Below are positions 56,932-64,000 of a stretch of DNA of 64,000 nt, piece after piece. Under the pieces are notes generated by a model, which was given only the letters and a program-made list of their open reading frames with translations, searched no databases and was not told the origin of the DNA. Source of the DNA: Octopus vulgaris (Eukaryota). The position numbers and the translations under genes were made by a program. Each line of letters opens with the position of its first letter. Within the stretch, counting starts at the first letter, position 1. The stretch spans positions 103,354,001 through 103,418,000 of the forward strand of contig OX597816.1 of assembly GCA_951406725.2 (NCBI GenBank), given 5' to 3'.

Positions 56932-57293
56932 GGCGCAGGAGTGGCTGTGGTAAGTAGCTTGTTTACCAACCACATAGTTCCGGGTTCAGTCCCACTGCGT
57001 GGCACCTTGGGCAAGTGTCTTCTACTATAGCCTCGGGCCGGCCAAAGCCTTGTGAGTGGATTTGGTAGACGGAAACTGAAAGAAGCCCGTCGTATATATG
57101 TATATATATATATATGCGTGTGTGTGTTTGTGTTTGTCCCCCTAGCATTGCTTGACAACCGATGTTGTAGCGAGACCGATAGAATAAGTACTGGGCTTAC
57201 AAAAGAATAAGTCCCGGGGTCGAGTTGCTCGATTAAAAAAAGGCGGTGCTCCAGCATGGCTGCAGTCAAATGACTGAAACAAGTAAAAGAGTA
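56932..57293 (+). mobile_element. SINE family A with an internal deletion
   Basis: Lacks the gtgtttacgtccccg...ggcaaaa segment found in the other copies. Confidence 0.9.
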
Positions 57294-57922
57294 ATATATA
57301 TATATATATACAGGATGTGTTAGTTATTTGGGATAAAAAAGTTAAGAGACATGAGTAGCCCAAACTTTAAATATTGTCCCTGTTTTCAACCCCAACACAA
57401 CTTGGATGCTTCTTATGCGGAGATGAACAAGCATATCCTTCTCGTCTCTCTAACCCTAAACCACAGTGATTCTGAGATTGGCACCCTTACTAATTGTCAC
57501 CAGACCCTTCATACTTTAGATCAGAAAAAAACCACCTGGTCTCTGCTGGGAATGTGTCTTCACAAGTCACAAACAAAATAAAAAAGCGAAAAACATTCTC
57601 GACGGTCAGGCGTTGTCAGAAAAATTGAATTTGTCGAACAAGTCCAGGTTATCATCAACGAGAATTGCTAATTATCTCCTTGAGTCAACGATTAGACGTG
57701 TAGTGAGCGAAAACAACAGGTGCAAATTCTATGTCATGAGAAGAGGGCAGTCCATATCCGATAAGACTCGGAAGAACTACATTCCAAAGGAAAACATCGT
57801 TTTCTGGTCCTTAGTTCTGAAAGTTTTCAGAATCTATCTATCCATTCGTCCACAAACAATCACTATTTTGGGGATAAGTACTTGAAACAATGCATTTTTG
57901 CTCATTTAAGTACCCAGATATA

Positions 57923-58318
57923 GGCACAGGAGTGGCTGTGTGGTAAGTAGCTTGCTTACCAACCACATGGTCCCGGGTTCAGTTCCACTGCGTGGCACCT
58001 TGGGCAAGTGTCTTCTACTATAGCCTCAGGCCGACCAAAGCCTTGTGAGTGGATTTGGTAGACGGAAACTGAAAGAAGCACGTCATATATATGTATATAT
58101 ATGTATGTGTGTGTGTCTGTGTGTATGTGTGTGTGTGTGTTTGTACCCCCAGCATCGCTTGACGACAGATGCTGGTGTGTTTACGATCCCGTGACTTAGC
58201 AGTTCGGCCTAAGAGACCGATAGAATAAGTACTAGGCTTACAAAGAATAAGCTCTGGGGTTGATTTGCTCCAGCATGGCCACAGTCAAATGACTGAAACA
58301 AGTAAAAAGAATAAAGAG
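57923..58318 (+). mobile_element. SINE family A
   Basis: Same structure as the 16819 copy. Confidence 0.9.
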
Positions 58319-58822
58319 ATTACGCACAGAAGGTGACTGGGATTTCCATTCCTTCTGGTTCGAAATATGTTTGTTGCAGCGTTGGCACAAGCTGGTTTAC
58401 AGTGAATAGGTCGGAACTTTCCTGCATTAAATTGCATGTTGTTTTATTCATCCCATTTATGTATGTCATCTTGATCTTTCAGTAGATTAGGGTCAAAAGG
58501 TTTCGTGACCGCTTGCGCTATTTTTTGAATCATTAGCATAGCAAGTAGGAATGGCTGCCAGAGATCATTCACAAACTCCTTAGGCACCCCACTCGCTATA
58601 AACATGTCAGTTGAGAGGGATCGATTAGCTGCAACAGCCTTTTAAGTTGTCATGTGACCACTCCCTCAGTTTTCCAACTATGCCAAGTCCACGTAGTTTG
58701 TGACATAACATCATCCCGTGATCAACCTTATTTAAGGCCTTAGCAAAATCGAGATAACCCACATCGACGTTTAAGCGATTCATGAGTTGTTTCAACACTC
58801 AGTCATAATACTGCCGAAGCAT

Positions 58823-58863
<41 letters not shown>

Positions 58864-59006
58864 GTGTGTGTGTACGCACGCATGTGTTTGTGTGTGCATC
58901 GGTATAAGCTAAATATTAAAGTATATATGTATACACTCACACACACACATACGCACCGTGCGCGCACACACACATACACACGCACACACACACACACACC
59001 GACACA

Positions 59007-59040
<34 letters not shown>

Positions 59041-59042
<2 letters not shown>

Positions 59043-59264
59043 AGGGATGGGTGTGCCGAAAAGTTCTTGGACTTAAGAGTACTGCGAAAGGGCCGGCTGG
59101 AGGCCCAGCCTTCCGAATACTTTTACAGGGCTAAGGAAAACTTAAGGACCGCTGCAATAAGTTTGTGAATCTGAGAGGGGAATACGTTGACTAAAACTAT
59201 TATCAACTGATCCTTTTGTATTTCCTTTTACCCAAAAGCCAGGAACTTTTCAGCAGCCTCTTGT
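59041..59264 (+). mobile_element. Mariner-derived MITE inside a CA/TG microsatellite
   Basis: Imperfect TIRs tgccgaaaagttcttgg / ccaggaacttttcagca; retains the transposase C-terminus KLKDRCNKFVNLRGEYVD*. Confidence 0.8.
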
Positions 59265-59319
59265 GTGTGTGTATGTGTGTGTGTGTGTGTACGTGCGTAC
59301 GTGCGTACGTATGTGTGCG

Positions 59320-59360
<41 letters not shown>

Positions 59361-59424
59361 GTACATTCGCACACATACACGTACACATTATATAACTCGT
59401 TATTTTCCCCTTTTCTATCTATCC

Positions 59425-59492
<68 letters not shown>

Positions 59493-60318
59493 ACCAAACA
59501 TCCACTTAACTGTCTTTCTTCAACTTGCCTTCCACTATACTTAACATTCAAAGTTTCTTGTATTCTCTTAAAACAAAGCATTTTCTTTTCTTGTCTATTC
59601 GTTGCAGCAATTCAATCCGCGTTTCTGAAACTCGACTAAATTCGTTATTCTATTTTACTGTTAATTTCTCTCTCACACACACACACGCGCGCGCGTGCGC
59701 GCACACATATATATGAATGAATAAAGAAAACCGTTATTCTTTCTTTCGGTTCCTACATAATGTTTCTTCCCTTCTTTCCTTTATTTTTCCTTTTTTTTCC
59801 TCTCTTCTTTGTGTCTTTTTTTTTGTCGATTCTTCTGTTCCTTAATTTTTTAAAGTTCTCCGTCCCTTATCTCTCTCTTGCCTCTCGACCACTTTCCACC
59901 ATAAATCCAAGTTTTTATCTTTGTCTCCCCACCTCTCTCTCCCTCTTGGTCCCTTTCGGCGTCTCTATCTTTTCCTCTCCTTTTTCTCCCTTACTTTCTC
60001 TCCTTTCCTCTCCCCCTCACTCTCCCTCCCTCTTCCTTGCTCTTTCCACATGCGTGTGAATGAATCTGCATATCTGTTGCATCCTTTCTCATTACACACA
60101 CCTCCCTCTGTCCCTCACTTCTCTCTGCCTATTTTTCTCTTTACTTCTTTTTCTCTCTCTTCTTTTCTCTCATTTGCATTCTTGCTTACTTTATCCTTGT
60201 GTGAGTGTGTTTGTGCGCGTGCGTGTACATGTGTGTCCTCCTTTGACTTTCTATTATGTTTCTCTCACTATCACCCTCTTTCTCTCTCTCTTTGCCTCCC
60301 CCATTTTTCTCTATCACT

Positions 60319-60356
<38 letters not shown>

Positions 60357-61009
60357 CCATCTCTAGTTCCTTTATTTTCTCTCTCTCAATGAATTTTTCT
60401 CTCATATGCTCTTCCTTTCTCGCCATACCACTGTCCTACTTCTCTTAAGTCTCTCTTGCTCTCTTTCTCTCCTTCCCTCTCCCTCTCTCTCTCTCCTTCC
60501 GTCTCTTCAACCATTAAATCCTGTTAACACTAAACACCTCCCCACCTCAACTCTATCACTTTTACACAAGATTGAATTTGTTCCATACACCAATTCCATT
60601 ACACAATAAAGTTACACAAACACAACACAAACTCACACACAGTACATACATACATACACTCATACATCGCACATGATACATACACATGCAAAATAATCCA
60701 TATACACACACACACTTATAATACATACACATACACATAAATAATGCTCGCGCGCCCGCGCACACGCACGTTCATTAATTTCACTTGAAGAATTTTTTCT
60801 CAGTTTAGCACTAAAGATGGCTGTAAAAGGGATGATGAGATGGGGGCTGGAAGGAAGCAGGGGATATGGAGTGAAGAAGTTCTTGAATCATAATTTCTTA
60901 CACCCTGAAGTAAACAGCAAAACTGATAGATATAAATGAAATAAAGCAAAAAACAAAACAAAAAAAACGATAGAACAGAAACATAAAACGAAGAAGGCAA
61001 AACACGAAT

Positions 61010-61441
61010 AATAATAATACTAGCGACAACAACGGCAATATCAACAGCAACAACAATATCACCATCAGTACCAGCAACAGCAGCAGCCATCGTCAGCATC
61101 ATCATCAGTAGCAGCAGCAGCAGCACCACCACCACCACCATCAACATCAACAGCAACAACACAACAAAAACACCATCACCACCAGCACTACAGCTGCAGC
61201 ATCCGTCATCACCACCATCACCACTACCACCACCTCTACTACCACCACTACCACCATCACCACCACCAGCATTAACAAAACCAACAACTTCAAGACCAAC
61301 AACACCGCCACCTCCAACAATATCGCTGCCACCAACACCAGCACCAGTGCCAACCACCACTAAGACCATAGCCACCACCAACATCAACACCATCCACCAC
61401 CAAAATCAACGCCATCCATCAACACAACAACAACAACAACA
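61010..61441. repeat. Cryptic trinucleotide tract (CAA/CAG/CAC/CAT)n
   Basis: Direct reading; the plus-strand frames I translated contain stops. Confidence 0.9.
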
Positions 61442-61984
61442 ATGTGTATATCTCTTCTACCTATGTTGTTCTTTCAAAGATTTTACAGAAATAAACAGAT
61501 CTGATATGATTTCTCAGTTTTCCAAGAGCGTAACAGTTTGGATGGTTGAAAGTGGAGGTTGTGATGCTGGCTGGACGGATGGTTAGGTGAGCGAGTGAAT
61601 GGGATGGGTGGGTGGCTGGTTGAATTTTGTTTTGCACAGTTCCACCCTTTCCTGCCGCTTTCCCGCAAGCTCTGACTTCCATTTCATCCTTTTCCAACCA
61701 TATTAAGCGTAAAAGTGAGAAAATTAAAGTGTAACAGCTATGTATGTATGTATGTATGTATGTATGTATGTATGTATGTATGTATGTATGTACGTATGTA
61801 TGTACGTATGTGTTGTGTCTTTGTGTATGAGTGTGTGTATTATGTGTTCATTGAGTCTTTGTGTGTGTATATGTATGTGTGCATGTATGCATTGTGTAAA
61901 GAAATTGATGTATGGAATGACATAACTTGAAATAAATTCGGAATAGTGGAAGAGGAAGTGTTAACTAGATTTAATGGTTGAGAA

Positions 61985-62042
61985 AAGATTGGGAGAGAGA
62001 GAGAGACACTGAGAGAGAGAGAAAGAAACAAAGAGTGGAAGT

Positions 62043-62086
<44 letters not shown>

Positions 62087-63250
62087 AAAGAGAGAGAGGG
62101 GGAGAAAGAAAGAGAGGGTGAGAGAGAGAGAGACATCGCAGGAGAGAGATTGAGAGAGGGAAAGAAAGTGAGAGAGTTAGAGAAGCATGGATGAGAAGAG
62201 AGAAATGGAGAGTGGTATGGGACAAGTAATATAAAGAAAATTAAACAGTTGTAGAACAGAAAAAATTAAAACGATAAAGGAAATAATGAGAAGGATGAGA
62301 CAGAAGAAGAAGAAGAAGAAGAAGAAGAAGAAGAAGAAGAAGAAGAAGAAGAAGAAGAAGAAGAATTAGGTGAGGGGGTGATGAAGTACTGGAGAGAGGA
62401 AAGTAGAGGGATGAGAAAGAGAAGCGGGTGGAAAAGTGAAAAAAAGGGGAGACAAGAAGAGCAAAACGTGAAGAAGACTAAGCAAAGGAGAGGAGAAAAC
62501 AAAAGGAATAGCTAGATAGATAGAGTATCGAAAAAAAATGGGAAGTGAAAGGGTAAAAGTAAGTGAGGGAGAGAGAGAAAAAGAAAAGGGAGGGGTGAGA
62601 GAGCAGTGGAGATGGGGCAAAGAGAAAGAGAGAGGGAGAGGGGTCGGAGAGAAAGAGAGAGGAGGAAACGGAGAGAAAGAGAGAGGGGACACGGAGAGAT
62701 AGAGATAAAGAGAGACGGGGGAGGAGGGAATCGGAGAGAAAGCGAGAGAGGAGAGGGAGAGGTGGAGAGAAAGAGAAGGACTTTTGCAAAAGAGCAAAGA
62801 AGGAGGGAGAGATGAAAACAGAAAGCCAGTGAGAGAGGAAAAGAGAGATGCACGCACATGCATGCGCGCGCGCACGCACACACACACACACACACACACA
62901 CGCATGCACGCACCATAAATATGGAAAGCAAGGCAGTGAGAAAGTGGGCTGTGACAAAAATAGATGCAATGATAGATTGGAAAAAAAGGAGAGCGTGAAT
63001 AAGAGAGAGACGAGTATAAAGTAAAGAGTGAGACATTGTGACATACACATACACACACACACGTGTGTGTGTGTACACATACATATGTACCGCAACTACG
63101 TGCGTGTGCACGCAAACATGCACGCACGAATGCGAGCATGGAAAGCACGCCCGCAAACGTGCACGTATGCATGCAAATAGTCGCACTCAGCCACGCAGAT
63201 GAAAAGCAGAAAAGCAAGCAAACGTGCACAGAAGTGAGACAGAGCGGGAG

Positions 63251-63288
<38 letters not shown>

Positions 63289-63443
63289 GGATGGAAGGGA
63301 GAGATGGAGAGGGAAAGAATAGAGAGAGTGACTGCACGAGCGACAGATATAAGGGAGAGTGAGACACACGCACACACATACACACAGAGGCACAGACACG
63401 CACTTGCAGACACATACGCACGTCGATATACACAGCGGAGAAG

Positions 63444-63486
<43 letters not shown>

Positions 63487-63652
63487 CAGGAGTGACAGAT
63501 ATAGTGGAGAGTGACATACACACGCGAGTGCGCGCGCATACACACACACACACACACACACACATGCAAACACAGGCAGACACATGTGCACGTGGATATA
63601 CACAGTGGAGAGGGAGAAAGACTGAGTGTGACAGACAAAGAAAGAGACAGAT

Positions 63653-63707
<55 letters not shown>

Positions 63708-63716
63708 AAGGGAAGT

Positions 63717-63748
<32 letters not shown>

Positions 63749-63750
63749 CA
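61985..63750. repeat. GA-rich and CA/CG-rich low-complexity region including (GAAA)n, (GAA)n, (GA)n and (CA)n
   Basis: Direct reading. Confidence 0.9.
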
Positions 63751-63775
63751 TATAGAGATGCAAATGCTGTATTAC

Positions 63776-63884
63776 CGACTATACACCATTGTAGTTGCAG
63801 CATGCACTGAAGCAGAATGCAGTAAAGCATAATTTCTCTGTGAACTTGCAACAACAGCTGCACTAAATCTTCAATAGCAGTCAT
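63776..63884 (-). CDS. Candidate first coding exon of a minus-strand gene (signal-peptide-like N-terminus)
   Basis: Unique island. An A-rich leader precedes MTAIEDLVQLLLQVHREIMLYCILLQCMLQLQWCIV, which ends at GTCG|GTAATA (phase 1) and is followed directly by CT/GT-rich intron-like sequence. Confidence 0.45.
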
Positions 63885-64000
63885 ATGATGACAACCGCTT
63901 CTTTACTCAAAAATTTCTCTTCTTTTTTTTTTTCTTTTTCTAGAACAAACTTTTTTCTTTCATTTTTGTTGTTCCTTTCTTTCATTTGTTTTTTTTTTTA

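Noticed and set aside
60800-61393. 197-aa Gly/Val-rich ORF
   Set aside because: Antisense reading of a trinucleotide tract; no credible domain or splice signals.
62366-63763. 465-aa and overlapping Leu/Ser-rich ORFs
   Set aside because: CT/GT low-complexity sequence lacks stops by composition; only the unique 63776-63884 part was kept as a candidate.

Overview
AT-rich eukaryotic DNA saturated with microsatellites. The repeat content (several tRNA-derived SINE families, RTE-type LINE and mariner/hAT relics, huge TA/CA/TCTA tracts) looks like an octopus (coleoid cephalopod) genome; this is an inference from repeat style. Almost all ORFs in the track are microsatellite artefacts. One well-supported coding exon (44482-44756, +) encodes a signal peptide plus the start of a divergent Venus-flytrap-like (class C GPCR-type) ectodomain. 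A second candidate first coding exon lies on the minus strand at 63776-63884. The most notable signal is a ~340-bp highly structured element between two (TA)n tracts (4257-4595). It contains a complete type I hammerhead-ribozyme fold with a compensatory U3-A8 core pair inside a 144-nt hairpin. A second hammerhead fold (34552-34625, -) and several decayed ones suggest a Penelope/retrozyme-like self-cleaving RNA family. Other points of interest: 184-bp SINE units multimerised through one fixed palindromic junction, a SINE insertion with its empty paralogous site nearby, and a degenerate ~2-kb fold-back near 60-62 kb. All coordinates were read by eye; no searches or folding programs were run.
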